Of a DNA stretch of 64,000 bases, positions 42,096-51,593 are shown piece by piece (position 1 is the stretch's first letter; each line of letters opens with the position of its first letter). Source of the stretch: Candidatus Norongarragalinales archaeon (GTDB lineage Archaea; Micrarchaeota; Micrarchaeia; Norongarragalinales; Norongarragalinaceae); contig JAWABJ010000001.1 in NCBI GenBank assembly GCA_038884755.1, forward strand, positions 650,188-714,187, read 5' to 3'. The position numbers and the translations under genes are program-made. The notes under the pieces were generated by a model. The model did no database searches, was not told the DNA's origin, and was given only the letters and a program-made list of their open reading frames with translations.

Positions 42096-43444
42096 TCTGC
42101 CCCCAGCCCGAACGCAAACTCTTGCGCTTTCAAAGTGAAGTCTTTGAAGCCTGCAAAGCGGGTTTTTTTCAAGAAAGATTTCCTTCGGGCGACTTCCCGC
42201 CAAAACTCCCTTAGGGAAAAACCGTAGTTTTGCAGGGTTTTTTCGGCCACCGCGCTGCATTTCAACCCCTTGCATTCGTTGAGAACTCCGCTCGCGTCGA
42301 GGGAAAACAAAAACCGTGGCTTTGAATTTTTGACTTCGGCGATTTCAGTTACCTTGCGCATTTCCCTCGCTTTTTTTGCCTTCAAGTCGAAAAAAGAAAT
42401 GCGTTTTTGCACTAAAACCAGGTCAACCGCGTCCAAATCGCCTTCGTCCACTCCGAACGCCTTGAGGCGGGACATCACGTCTAGCGAGGATTTCGAGTGG
42501 AAAGTGAAGAAAGAGCCTTTAGCCTGTCCGGCCAAAAGCGAATCCAACAGCCCTTCGGCCTCGGCCTTACTGCGCACTTCTCCCACGACCACGCGATCCG
42601 GCCTCATCCTCAAAGTGTCCCGCACTAAATCCTTCAAGCTCGCGCCGGCATCTTCGCTTGCAATCATTTTCACCACGTGTTTTTGCAGCAAAAACAACTC
42701 TGGAGTTTCTTCCGCGACGATTATCCGCTCGTTCAACGGAACGAACGAAAACAAGGCGTTGAGCGTGGTGGTTTTACCGCTGCCCGTGTTGCCTGCAATG
42801 CAAAGCGAAACGTCCCCGTACAGCACAGTCCAGAGGAAGGCGAGCGCGTCAACGGAAACCGTGCCGAAATCGGCCAGCTCCCTCGCGTTCAGCGGGTTTC
42901 GCAAAAACTTTCGTATGGAAAGCTCCACGCCGTCGAGGCAGACGGGAGGAATGCTCGCGTGCAACCGCGACCCGTCGGGAAGCACGGCGTTCAAGCGCGG
43001 GTTTTTCAGCGTCACCCTCCGCCCCAGTGGACGCGCGATCTTGTTCACCGCGTTTACGGCGTGCTCTTCGCTCGTGAAAAACGCGTTCGTCTCCAGCCAA
43101 CCTTTTTTCCGGTGGAAAACGAAAACAGGCTTTCCCACGCCTATTACCGAAATTTCCTCGAGCTCGTCGTCCGCCAGGAGGAAGTCGAGTACTCCCAGCC
43201 CCTCGACACAGTTTTTTGCTATGCCGATTATTTTCTCCCCGCTCGCCTTCTCGAGGATAATGTTTTTCTCTTCGCATAATGCCCGCAAGAGCGAATGCAG
43301 GCCGCGCGAAGGCTCGCGCAAGAGCAGCTGAAGCAATTGCGAGAGTATCTCGTCCTCGCGTTCCGTCAATTCGATTGGTGGCACGAAATAAGGCGTTTTT
43401 TCTCTTGCGAGTTTCCAACCGAATTTTTCTTCAACGCTTTTCAA
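42086..43444 (-). CDS. TadA/CpaF/VirB11-family secretion ATPase
   Basis: GNTGSGKTT, LRMRPDRVVVGEVR, TFH. Confidence 0.92.
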   Translation of the reverse strand: MKSVEEKFGWKLAREKTPYFVPPIELTEREDEILSQLLQLLLREPSRGLHSLLRALCEEKNIILEKASGEKIIGIAKNCVEGLGVLDFLLADDELEEISVIGVGKPVFVFHRKKGWLETNAFFTSEEHAVNAVNKIARPLGRRVTLKNPRLNAVLPDGSRLHASIPPVCLDGVELSIRKFLRNPLNARELADFGTVSVDALAFLWTVLYGDVSLCIAGNTGSGKTTTLNALFSFVPLNERIIVAEETPELFLLQKHVVKMIASEDAGASLKDLVRDTLRMRPDRVVVGEVRSKAEAEGLLDSLLAGQAKGSFFTFHSKSSLDVMSRLKAFGVDEGDLDAVDLVLVQKRISFFDLKAKKAREMRKVTEIAEVKNSKPRFLFSLDASGVLNECKGLKCSAVAEKTLQNYGFSLREFWREVARRKSFLKKTRFAGFKDFTLKAQEFAFGLGAEWL

Positions 43445-43827
43445 CTGGATTTACGTTCTCCGGGGTTCCAGGAAAGCCTTTGCCCGACGCGCACTTTTGC
43501 GCTCCCGCCGGGAGGAAGTTCAATCAAAAAAAATGCAGGCTTGGAAGGCGTGACGAACAGCCTCCACGGCTTTATGCGCTTGAAAACGCAAACCACCCGC
43601 TTTCGCGAGTCGAGGAAAACAGCGTCGAAAACCGGGCAGAAAAACGAGTGGATGGCGTTGCGCTTTACGCCTTCAGAATCGAACTCGAACAACAGGGAAA
43701 ACGCCTTGCGTTTAAACATCAAGCCAATTGTTTTTTCAAGCGGGGTTGACGCTTGGAAAGCATTCCACAATAGCTTGTTGTTCTTGAAAATCGCAACCTT
43801 GCGCATCTGAAAACCATTAGCAGGCAA
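43441..43827 (-). CDS. DUF192 domain protein
   Basis: GLMF, IHSFF..FDAVFLD, IELP.G. Confidence 0.8.
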   Translation of the reverse strand: MPANGFQMRKVAIFKNNKLLWNAFQASTPLEKTIGLMFKRKAFSLLFEFDSEGVKRNAIHSFFCPVFDAVFLDSRKRVVCVFKRIKPWRLFVTPSKPAFFLIELPPGGSAKVRVGQRLSWNPGERKSS

Positions 43828-43859
43828 GAGTTAAAAAGACTTTCAAGAGTTATCTACTC

Positions 43860-44549
43860 ATGCGCAAACTCTCTCACCTTGCCATTACTCCGGACGGCAA
43901 CCGCAGGTATGCGGCGAAGCACAGGCTTTCTTTCCAACAGGCGTACAAGGCGGGATTCGACAAGATCAAGGAGGTCCTTGAATGGAGCGAAGAGCCCGAA
44001 CGCATCACGCTTTGGGCCATGTCTCTGGACAACCTTTTGAAACGCTCTGCGTTCGAAAAAAAGATTTTGTTCAAACTGATGGCGCGGCACGTGCAGGAGA
44101 GCATCAACACCCAGCAGTTTTCCGATGAAGGCGTGAAAGTGAGTTTTTTCGGAAGGCGGGATTTGCTTCCGCGCGAGTTGAACGCGCGTTTCGAAGCGTT
44201 GGAAAGACAGACTGAAGGCGGTGGAAAACAGTTGAACATAGCGATCGCATACTCGGGAAGGGACGAGATTTTGAGCGCGGCGAAATCGCTCGCTTTCGAC
44301 GCGAAAGCGGGAAGAATCGACCCGAGCGGGTTGAAAGAAAGCGATTTCGAAAAATACTTGTATTGCAGCGATTCGCCCGACCTCGTGATACGCACTGGAG
44401 ACGCGCAACGCCTTTCCGGGCTGATGCCGTGGCAGACGGCGTACAGCGAAATCTACTTTTCCAAAAAACTCTGGCCGGAATTCGGCAAAAGCGATTACGC
44501 CGACGCCATTAGATTCTATCGCGAGACCGAAAGCCGCAAGGGAAAATAA
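43860..44549 (+). CDS. uppS: cis-prenyltransferase (undecaprenyl diphosphate synthase family)
   Basis: HLAITPDGNRR, YSGRDEI, DLVIRTG...RLSG..PWQ..YSE. Confidence 0.93.
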   Translation: MRKLSHLAITPDGNRRYAAKHRLSFQQAYKAGFDKIKEVLEWSEEPERITLWAMSLDNLLKRSAFEKKILFKLMARHVQESINTQQFSDEGVKVSFFGRRDLLPRELNARFEALERQTEGGGKQLNIAIAYSGRDEILSAAKSLAFDAKAGRIDPSGLKESDFEKYLYCSDSPDLVIRTGDAQRLSGLMPWQTAYSEIYFSKKLWPEFGKSDYADAIRFYRETESRKGK

Positions 44550-44699
44550 AACTCACTTGAATTTTATTATCCTGCGTGGCACTTCAAGGCGCTCTGCCAA
44601 GCCTTTGCGCGCGGCATCTTGCTCGCTTGAAGCAAAAAGAATGCTCTTTCCCTGCCAAAAAGGTGGCTTTTCACCACTATCGCAGTCTATTATAAATAA

Positions 44700-45788
44700 T
44701 TAATGGCTCTTGAAAACGAAATCCATGTCCCCGATTCTTTCCAGCGCAAAAGGAACTCCGGAAAGCTTTGCAAACGCGAAAGCGAAATCCAAGCCAACGT
44801 TGGGCAAAGAAAACAACTTCGAGTGCAAAAGCCAATGCATTCGGAAAGTCTTTTCGTACGCTTTTCTCCAGCGTTGTTCGTAGTCCAAAACGCCGTTCTC
44901 GAAATAATTTTCAATCGCACTCGCCGCTTGTTGCCCGCACAACCCGCCGAAAACAATCCCTCCCCCAGTCGTGGATTTTACTTGTCCCGCCGCGTCGCCC
45001 ACCAAAATGACAGAATCTTTTTGCGTTTTCGAACGCGGGAATAGGGGAATCGAGTAGTTGAACTCCCGCCCTTTCTTTTTCTCTTCCCCTAAACCCATTT
45101 TTTTCAAAAGCTTTCTTTTTCCCGAGTTCAATGCCGAAGGGTTCGTCGTAGCGAGCCCCACGCGCGCCGTGCTTTCGTTAACCGGGACAGACCACGCGAA
45201 AAAGTTGGGCGCGATCGACTGGTCGAGAAAAACGTGAACTTTGTCCGGCGTCTCTTGCGTGAATGAATATTCGGCTTCCCAAGCGGAAGCGAAGCGTCTG
45301 AAAGGTGGAAGGCCGCTTTCGCGCGCCACGAACGAACCCAAGCCGTCAGCACCCACGACCACCCGCGAGTGAAACTCGCCTGACGGCGTTGTTATGCTCA
45401 ATCCGCCGTTTTGCGAGAGTTTTCTCGCGCCGGCGTTCAAAAACAACTCCGCGCCTTTGTTTATAGCCTCGCCCACGCACTTTTCGTCGAACGCCTGGCG
45501 GTCGAGGACAAACGCGACCGGCGTTTTGGTTTGCACTGAAAACGAGACGCGCGGCGAATGCACTATCGCGCCGTGGATTTCGTTCAAAACTGTTTTCTTG
45601 AAGTCCACGCCAATGCGTTCAAGCCCGCTGGCGGAAACGAGCGCGGTGCACTTGTTGAACTTGCCCGGGCGCGCGTGTTCTTCCAAAAGCGCGACGCTAG
45701 CGCCCTTGCTTGCTATTGCTCTTGCGGTCATTCCACCGACGCAAGACGCGCCCACTACTACGCAATCGAATTTTTTCGTTCCAACCAC
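44700..45788 (-). CDS. Geranylgeranyl reductase-family FAD oxidoreductase
   Basis: VVVGA, DRQAFD, GADG, LVGDAAGQVKSTTGGGI. Confidence 0.85.
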   Translation of the reverse strand: MVGTKKFDCVVVGASCVGGMTARAIASKGASVALLEEHARPGKFNKCTALVSASGLERIGVDFKKTVLNEIHGAIVHSPRVSFSVQTKTPVAFVLDRQAFDEKCVGEAINKGAELFLNAGARKLSQNGGLSITTPSGEFHSRVVVGADGLGSFVARESGLPPFRRFASAWEAEYSFTQETPDKVHVFLDQSIAPNFFAWSVPVNESTARVGLATTNPSALNSGKRKLLKKMGLGEEKKKGREFNYSIPLFPRSKTQKDSVILVGDAAGQVKSTTGGGIVFGGLCGQQAASAIENYFENGVLDYEQRWRKAYEKTFRMHWLLHSKLFSLPNVGLDFAFAFAKLSGVPFALERIGDMDFVFKSH

Positions 45789-45800
45789 TCTTCCTGCAAT

Positions 45801-46514
45801 TTAGTTTGAAGCGCGGAGTTTTAAGAGCGTTGCGAACATTTTCAGCGCGGTTTTCAGCCCGTTGGCGTAGGTTATGGTCCCGCCTTCGCGCATGTGCCAC
45901 TCCACCGGAATTTCCTCAACTCGCAAGCCTAGTTTTTTCGCCTGGAAAAGCATGTCTACGTCCCAAACGAAATTCGACGTCCTGATTCTCGGCAAGAGCT
46001 TTTCCAAAGCGCTTTTCCTGAATGCCTTGAAGCCGCATTGCGTATCCGCGTAAGGAAGCCCGAACAAGAGTCTTTCCAACATATTGAAAGCTTTGGCTGC
46101 AAGCAGCCTGCCTGCCGGAATCTCGGTTTTAGAAGACGGCATATAGCGGGAGGCGATTGCAATGTCGCTTTTCTCCAACGCCTTCAGCAATTTCGGCATT
46201 TCCTTTGCGGGAACGGAATAATCGGCATCCATAAAGAAAACCATGTCCGCCTTCGCATGCGCCAGACCCTCGTTCAGCGCGCCGCCTTTTCCCAGCCTGC
46301 GTTTGAAAACCAAAAGCTTGATTTTTCCCGCCGCATCGAGCGAATTGGCGCGCGCGAACTTTTTCGCTACAGACGGCGTCGAGTCCGTGCCGTCGAAAAC
46401 TATCAACACTTCGAAATCCCACTTTGCTTGCTTCAAAAAACCTATCAAGCCTTCTAGGGTTTGGAGAATGCGTTTTTCCTCGTTGTAAGCCGGAATCACG
46501 ATTGAAATCTTCAA
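45801..46514 (-). CDS. GT2 glycosyltransferase (dolichyl-phosphate glucosyltransferase-like)
   Basis: SIVIPAYNEE, GKGGAL, MDAD, DTQCGFKAF. Confidence 0.9.
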   Translation of the reverse strand: MKISIVIPAYNEEKRILQTLEGLIGFLKQAKWDFEVLIVFDGTDSTPSVAKKFARANSLDAAGKIKLLVFKRRLGKGGALNEGLAHAKADMVFFMDADYSVPAKEMPKLLKALEKSDIAIASRYMPSSKTEIPAGRLLAAKAFNMLERLLFGLPYADTQCGFKAFRKSALEKLLPRIRTSNFVWDVDMLFQAKKLGLRVEEIPVEWHMREGGTITYANGLKTALKMFATLLKLRASN

Positions 46515-46524
46515 GCCAACACCA

Positions 46525-47916
46525 TCACAACGCCTGCTCTAGTGGCGGGAGTTTCGCGAATGAAGGCATCGCGCTTTCGAACAAGGCGTAAACGCGCTCC
46601 AAATCCCCTCGCGTTTTGCCTTCGAACCTGGCGCTCAACAGAGGTTCGGTAAGCGAAGCGCGCACCAGCCCCCACGCCTTTTCATCTTGATACTTTACGC
46701 CATCCGAAGTCAAAAGCCTTAACTTTCTCGCTTTCAAAGCCTTCTCTGCCTGTGCGACGGCCTCGAACTTGCGTGCACAAGGAATGCGCAGCTCGCGCGT
46801 CGCGTGATAGCGTTTTACGGTCGCCACAAGTTGCGATGCGCGTTTTCCGCTTTTGCGCAGGATTTCGCAGAATTTTGCGCTCGCAAAAATACCATCGTCA
46901 AAGCCGTTGTTGTCGGCAAAACAAACGTGCCCGGTAGTTTCACACGCGAAAACCGCGCCCTTGCGCATCGACTCGCGGACGGCAATGCGCCCCGCGTTCG
47001 TCTCAACCGCCTTTCCGCCGAGTTTTTCTATTTCCTCCCGCACCACCATCGAGCAGCGCAGTTCAAACCCCACCGAGCCACCCTTTTTTTTCGGAAGAAC
47101 ATCGCGGATGAACAGCACGTTTGCTTCGTCGCTTTTGATTACGCCTCCTCGCTCGTCTACGAAAACCGCCCGGTCGCCGTCCCCGTCGAACGCCACGCCC
47201 AAATCGGCGTTCTCCGCAACAACGCGTTTTTGCAAATCGCGAACGTTCTCTGGCTTCGACGGGTCTGGCAAGTGGTTTGGAAAACGCCCGTCAGGCTCGC
47301 AGTACAAGGGAATTACTTTTGCACCGAGTTTTCGCAGCAAGCGCACTCCGACTTCGCCGACGACACCGTTCCCACCGTCAACGACTATCTTCAAACCGCC
47401 AAGCTCGGAATTTTTCGACGCTGCAAAACGCAAGTATTCGTCCAAAACGTTTTTTCCGTGCACTTTGCCGTACGCAAGCCTCGGCTTTTCCGCGAACTTT
47501 TTCGACTCAAAAATTTTTTTTACCGCGAGCAACTGCCTCGAGCTCAACGGCCAGATGCCGGAAAGCATTTTCACGCCGTTGTACTGCGGGGGGTTGTGGG
47601 AAGCGGTTATAACTGCAGCCCCGTCGGTCTTCAGCGCGAAAGCTGCAAAGTAAGCGACCGGCGAAGGCACGACGCCCACTTCGAAAACAGTGCAGCCGGT
47701 GGAACGCAACCCCCCAACGAACGCCTTGAACAGCGAAGGCGACGAAAGCCGGTTGTCCCGCCCGCACGCTAATCGCGGATTTCGGGTTTTGCCCGCGGCG
47801 GTTTCCTTGAGCATGAAAGTACCGAACGCCTTTCCCAAGTCCAAAGCCCGTTTTTCGTCGAAGTTTTCGCCGTAAACGCCGCGCACGTCGTAACCGCCGA
47901 AAATCCCTTCCACCAC
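46525..47916 (-). CDS. Phosphomannomutase/phosphoglucomutase
   Basis: YDVRG, TASHNP..YNG.K, DGDGDR, VRASLTEP. Confidence 0.92.
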   Translation of the reverse strand: MVEGIFGGYDVRGVYGENFDEKRALDLGKAFGTFMLKETAAGKTRNPRLACGRDNRLSSPSLFKAFVGGLRSTGCTVFEVGVVPSPVAYFAAFALKTDGAAVITASHNPPQYNGVKMLSGIWPLSSRQLLAVKKIFESKKFAEKPRLAYGKVHGKNVLDEYLRFAASKNSELGGLKIVVDGGNGVVGEVGVRLLRKLGAKVIPLYCEPDGRFPNHLPDPSKPENVRDLQKRVVAENADLGVAFDGDGDRAVFVDERGGVIKSDEANVLFIRDVLPKKKGGSVGFELRCSMVVREEIEKLGGKAVETNAGRIAVRESMRKGAVFACETTGHVCFADNNGFDDGIFASAKFCEILRKSGKRASQLVATVKRYHATRELRIPCARKFEAVAQAEKALKARKLRLLTSDGVKYQDEKAWGLVRASLTEPLLSARFEGKTRGDLERVYALFESAMPSFAKLPPLEQAL

Positions 47917-48033
47917 AACACCTGCCGTAAGACTAAACGCGTCCTTTCTTAAAAACGCGTAAAACTGTTTCACCCGCAACGATTAAAAAGGTAATACTTC
48001 GTAATACTTTCCTTCGTTTTTGGCGGGATTGTA

Positions 48034-48738
48034 ATGCTTACCAGAATCAGTCTTACCATGGAAAAAGAGCTGTTGGGGCGCATAGACGCGCTGGTCGACG
48101 GCGAAACCATGAAAAACCGCTCGCAAACGGTTTCCCTGCTCTTGCGCAACGCCTTGAAGGGCATGAGCGTGGGCAAGGCGCTCGTGCTTGCCGGAAAAAA
48201 CAATTTCCTTTTAGATAAAATCCTCGGTTGGCTTAAGAAAAACGGGATTACCGAAGTGGTTATAGCAGTCGGGAAGGACGAGAACTTGAGAAGGAAGCTC
48301 GAAAGCTGGGAGAAGGGAATGAACAAGGAATATTCTTTCGACGAGAATAAAGGAACTGCGAACGCAATCAAGAAAGCAAAACACTTTTTGAAAGAACCGT
48401 TTTTGCTTTGCTATTCCGACGTGTTTTGCGAAGACTTGGTTTTGAAAGACTTGCTTTCGTTCCACAACATACAGAAAGCCAAGTGCACGCTTGTTTTGAC
48501 GTGGAGCAAGCAGCCGAGCAAGTACGGCGTCGCGAAAATGCTGGGCGCGAAAATAATCGACTTCGAGGAAAAGCCCTCCAGCGCCGAAGGGTTTTTGATA
48601 AACGCCGGCGTCGCAGTGTGCAATCCAGAAGTTTTCGACTCGCTCGAAGAGCCGAGCTTCGAGAAAAACGCCTTGCCCGCGATGGCCGCGCAGGGAAGCC
48701 TTTCTGGATACGTGTATTACGGAAAATGGGTTCACTGA
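48034..48738 (+). CDS. Ribbon-helix-helix domain fused to a degenerate sugar-phosphate nucleotidyltransferase domain
   Basis: RISLTMEKELL..ID.LVD.....NRSQ.V..LL (RHH), then GTANAI, YSD, YGVA, FEEKP, INAG; lacks the GxGTR/PK loop. Confidence 0.75.
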   Translation: MLTRISLTMEKELLGRIDALVDGETMKNRSQTVSLLLRNALKGMSVGKALVLAGKNNFLLDKILGWLKKNGITEVVIAVGKDENLRRKLESWEKGMNKEYSFDENKGTANAIKKAKHFLKEPFLLCYSDVFCEDLVLKDLLSFHNIQKAKCTLVLTWSKQPSKYGVAKMLGAKIIDFEEKPSSAEGFLINAGVAVCNPEVFDSLEEPSFEKNALPAMAAQGSLSGYVYYGKWVH

Positions 48739-48764
48739 AAAAGCAGTAACGGGGTGGGAAAAAA

Positions 48765-49769
48765 ATGCCTTTGGTGCCGATGAAGCAGATTTTGGACGAA
48801 GCCGCGAAGGGAAAGTACGGTGTTCCGCACTTCAACGTCAACAACATGGAACAGGCGCAGGCGATAATGCGGGCTGCGGATGAAGTTTCTTCTCCGGTAA
48901 TAATGGCAGCCTCGCGTGGCGCGTTGAAATACACCGACTTGATTTTCATAAAACACCTGATGCTAGCATGCATAGAGAAATACCCGAAATTGCCCGTGTC
49001 AATGCACTTGGACCACGGCAACAACCTCGAATCCGTGAAAACCGCGATTTCGCTGGGCTTCACTTCCGTGATGATTGACGGCTCGCTCAAGGAAGACGCG
49101 AAAACCCCGACTTCGTTTGAAGAAAACGTGAGGGTAACGCGCGAGTGCGTGGACTACGCGCACAAGTTCGGCGTCACGGTAGAAGGAGAGTTGGGAACGC
49201 TCGGCGGGATAGAAGATGGCGTGGGTTCGGGGCAGGCGCGCTTGACCGACCCGGGACAGGTTAAAGAATTTTTGGAGCGCACGGGGGTTGACGCGTTGGC
49301 TGTCGCAATAGGCACTTCACACGGCGCTTACAAATTCAAGATCAAGCCCGACCCGGACAAGAATCTGCTCGCGATGGACGTCATCCGAAAAATCCACTCG
49401 CTATGCCCAGATTTGCACATGGTAATGCACGGTTCTTCATCAGTCCCACAAGAGCTTTTGGACGTGATCAACAAATACGGAGGAAAAATACCGCCCACGT
49501 ACGGCGTTCCATTGTGGGCGATAAAGGAAGGCATTGCAGCGGGAGTGCGAAAGATAAACGTCGACACCGACTTGCGCCTGGCTTCTACCGGCGCCATAAG
49601 AAAATTCATGTGGGAAAATCCCGAGAAGTTTGACCCGCGCGAGTACTTGGGGCCGGCGAGGGAAGCCATGCAAGGGGTGGTGAGGGAAAGGTTTATCGCC
49701 TTTGGTTCTGCAGGACACGCGTTTGACTACTCTCCCGCTTCGCTGGAAGACATGAAAAAAATTTACTAA
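48765..49769 (+). CDS. fba: Fructose-bisphosphate aldolase class II
   Basis: HLDHG, SVMIDGS, VEGELG, GTSHGAYK, MHGSS, KINVDTD. Confidence 0.95.
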   Translation: MPLVPMKQILDEAAKGKYGVPHFNVNNMEQAQAIMRAADEVSSPVIMAASRGALKYTDLIFIKHLMLACIEKYPKLPVSMHLDHGNNLESVKTAISLGFTSVMIDGSLKEDAKTPTSFEENVRVTRECVDYAHKFGVTVEGELGTLGGIEDGVGSGQARLTDPGQVKEFLERTGVDALAVAIGTSHGAYKFKIKPDPDKNLLAMDVIRKIHSLCPDLHMVMHGSSSVPQELLDVINKYGGKIPPTYGVPLWAIKEGIAAGVRKINVDTDLRLASTGAIRKFMWENPEKFDPREYLGPAREAMQGVVRERFIAFGSAGHAFDYSPASLEDMKKIY

Positions 49770-49785
49770 GCGCAGGTGTTGAAAA

Positions 49786-50754
49786 ATGGTTGACAGGAAC
49801 TTGTCTTTGGATTTCGTGCGCGTTACCGAAAGCGCTGCAATTGCCAGTGCGCGGTGGACGGGCTTGGGCGACAACCACGCTGCCGACAAGGCGGCTACCG
49901 AACACATGCGCGCGCGCTTGAACAACATAGATTTCAAAGGGAGGATAGTGATAGGTGAAGGCGAGAGGGATGAAGCGCCAATGCTTTACATTGGCGAAAC
50001 AGTTGGGAACGGCAACGGCGGGGAGTTTGACTTGGCAGTCGACCCGTTGGAAGGAACAAACTTAGTTGCCAAAGGCTGGAGCAACGCTTCGAGCGTGCTG
50101 GCGGCTGGAAAGAAAGGGGGTTTGCTGCACGCGCCCGACACGTACATGGACAAAATAGCTTGCGGGCCGGAAGCCGCGGGAAAAGTAGATTTGGATTACG
50201 CGCCTGAAGAAAACATCCGCATAGTCGCCGAATCCCTGGGAAAAAAGAAGAACGAAGTGACGGTCGCGATGATGGACCGCGACAGGCATTTGGATTTGAT
50301 GAAGAAAGTGCGCGGCGCTGGCGCGAAAATACGGCTTATTACCGACGGCGACCTTTCGGCCGCGCTTGCGACTGCAATGCCGGAGCACGGGATTGACTTG
50401 CTTTTGGGCATAGGCGGCGCGCCCGAAGGCGTGATTTCCGCCGCTGGAATGAAATGCCTTGGCGGGTGGTTTCAAGGGCGCTTGAAGTACAGGAACGAAG
50501 AGGAGAGAAAGCGCGGAGGGAAAATGGACATCGACGAAAGCAAGAAATTCTCGATGGAAGAACTGGCCAAGGGGGAAGTGCTTTTCGCAGCTACAGGCGT
50601 GACCGAAGGCTACATGCTCAAGGGCGTGCGTTTCGACGCAAAACACATTTACACTCACTCGCTGGTAATGCGTTCGAAAAGCAAGACTGTTAGGTTCATT
50701 GAAGCGCTGCACGACAGCGAAGTGCAAAGGGGCTTCGAAGGTGAAAAGAAATGA
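49786..50754 (+). CDS. glpX: Fructose-1,6-bisphosphatase class II
   Basis: IGEGERDEAPMLYIGE, VDPLEGT, GGAPEGV, AATGVT. Confidence 0.95.
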   Translation: MVDRNLSLDFVRVTESAAIASARWTGLGDNHAADKAATEHMRARLNNIDFKGRIVIGEGERDEAPMLYIGETVGNGNGGEFDLAVDPLEGTNLVAKGWSNASSVLAAGKKGGLLHAPDTYMDKIACGPEAAGKVDLDYAPEENIRIVAESLGKKKNEVTVAMMDRDRHLDLMKKVRGAGAKIRLITDGDLSAALATAMPEHGIDLLLGIGGAPEGVISAAGMKCLGGWFQGRLKYRNEEERKRGGKMDIDESKKFSMEELAKGEVLFAATGVTEGYMLKGVRFDAKHIYTHSLVMRSKSKTVRFIEALHDSEVQRGFEGEKK

Positions 50755-51461
50755 AAGCGGTGATAGTTTGCGGCGGGAAAGGAACTAGGCTTCGGCCGTA
50801 TACGCATACGATTCCCAAGCCCATGCTGATGCTCGGGCGCAAGCCCATCCTCGAATACACCATAAACCATTTCAAAAGCGAAGGGTTTACTGAAATAATC
50901 CTGGCAGTGGGGCACTTGCGGGAGCAGATAATGAACTACTTCGGCGACGGAAAGAAATTCGGGGTGAAAATCGAGTATAGCGTGGAAGAGGAAGAGCTTG
51001 GGGACGCAGGCAGCATAAAAAACGCCGAGAAGCTTTTGAAAGGCGAAAGCCACTTCATAGTGGAAATGGGAGACCACCTCACCAACCTGGACTACAGGCG
51101 AATCGTGGATTTCCACGCGAAGCAAAAAGCTTTCGCCACCGTGGGGCTGAAGCGCATGGGAACGCCATTCCAATTCGGAACCGCGAAAGTGAACCAGGCG
51201 CTCGACGTGGTGGAGTTCCAAGAAAAACCCATAATCGAAAACCTGGTTAACGCGGCGATTTACGTTTTCGACAAGCGCGCGCTGGAATACTTCCCGCGGA
51301 AAGGCGGAATATCGTTCGACGTCATCCCGAAACTGGTGAAGGAACGCAAGCTCAAAGGGTTCATTTTCGACGACTATTGGATCGACGTCGGCGGAATAAA
51401 GGAGTATGAAGAGCTCAACCAGTCCGTGAGCGTCATGGATTTGATAAGCCACGCCAAGTAA
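50751..51461 (+). CDS. Sugar-phosphate nucleotidyltransferase
   Basis: GGKGTRLRPYT..PKPM, FQEKP, WIDVG. Confidence 0.92.
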   Translation: MKAVIVCGGKGTRLRPYTHTIPKPMLMLGRKPILEYTINHFKSEGFTEIILAVGHLREQIMNYFGDGKKFGVKIEYSVEEEELGDAGSIKNAEKLLKGESHFIVEMGDHLTNLDYRRIVDFHAKQKAFATVGLKRMGTPFQFGTAKVNQALDVVEFQEKPIIENLVNAAIYVFDKRALEYFPRKGGISFDVIPKLVKERKLKGFIFDDYWIDVGGIKEYEELNQSVSVMDLISHAK

Positions 51462-51505
51462 TTTTGTTTTTTAGGAAAAAAGAAAAATTAAGTAAAGAAA
51501 AAACT
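51461..51505 (+). repeat. Y-R-R mirror element at the operon end
   Basis: TTTTGTTTTT-TAGG-AAAAAAGAAAAA-TTAAGT-AAAGAAAAAA; same TTAAGT spacer as the copy at 34691. Confidence 0.6.
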
Positions 51506-51593
51506 GGAAAAAAAAAAGAAAAAGAGGGGGGACGACCTTGGCCGCCTTCAGGCGGTTTCGGTCGCACCCGGCGTGGGAGTCGAATTTTCTATT

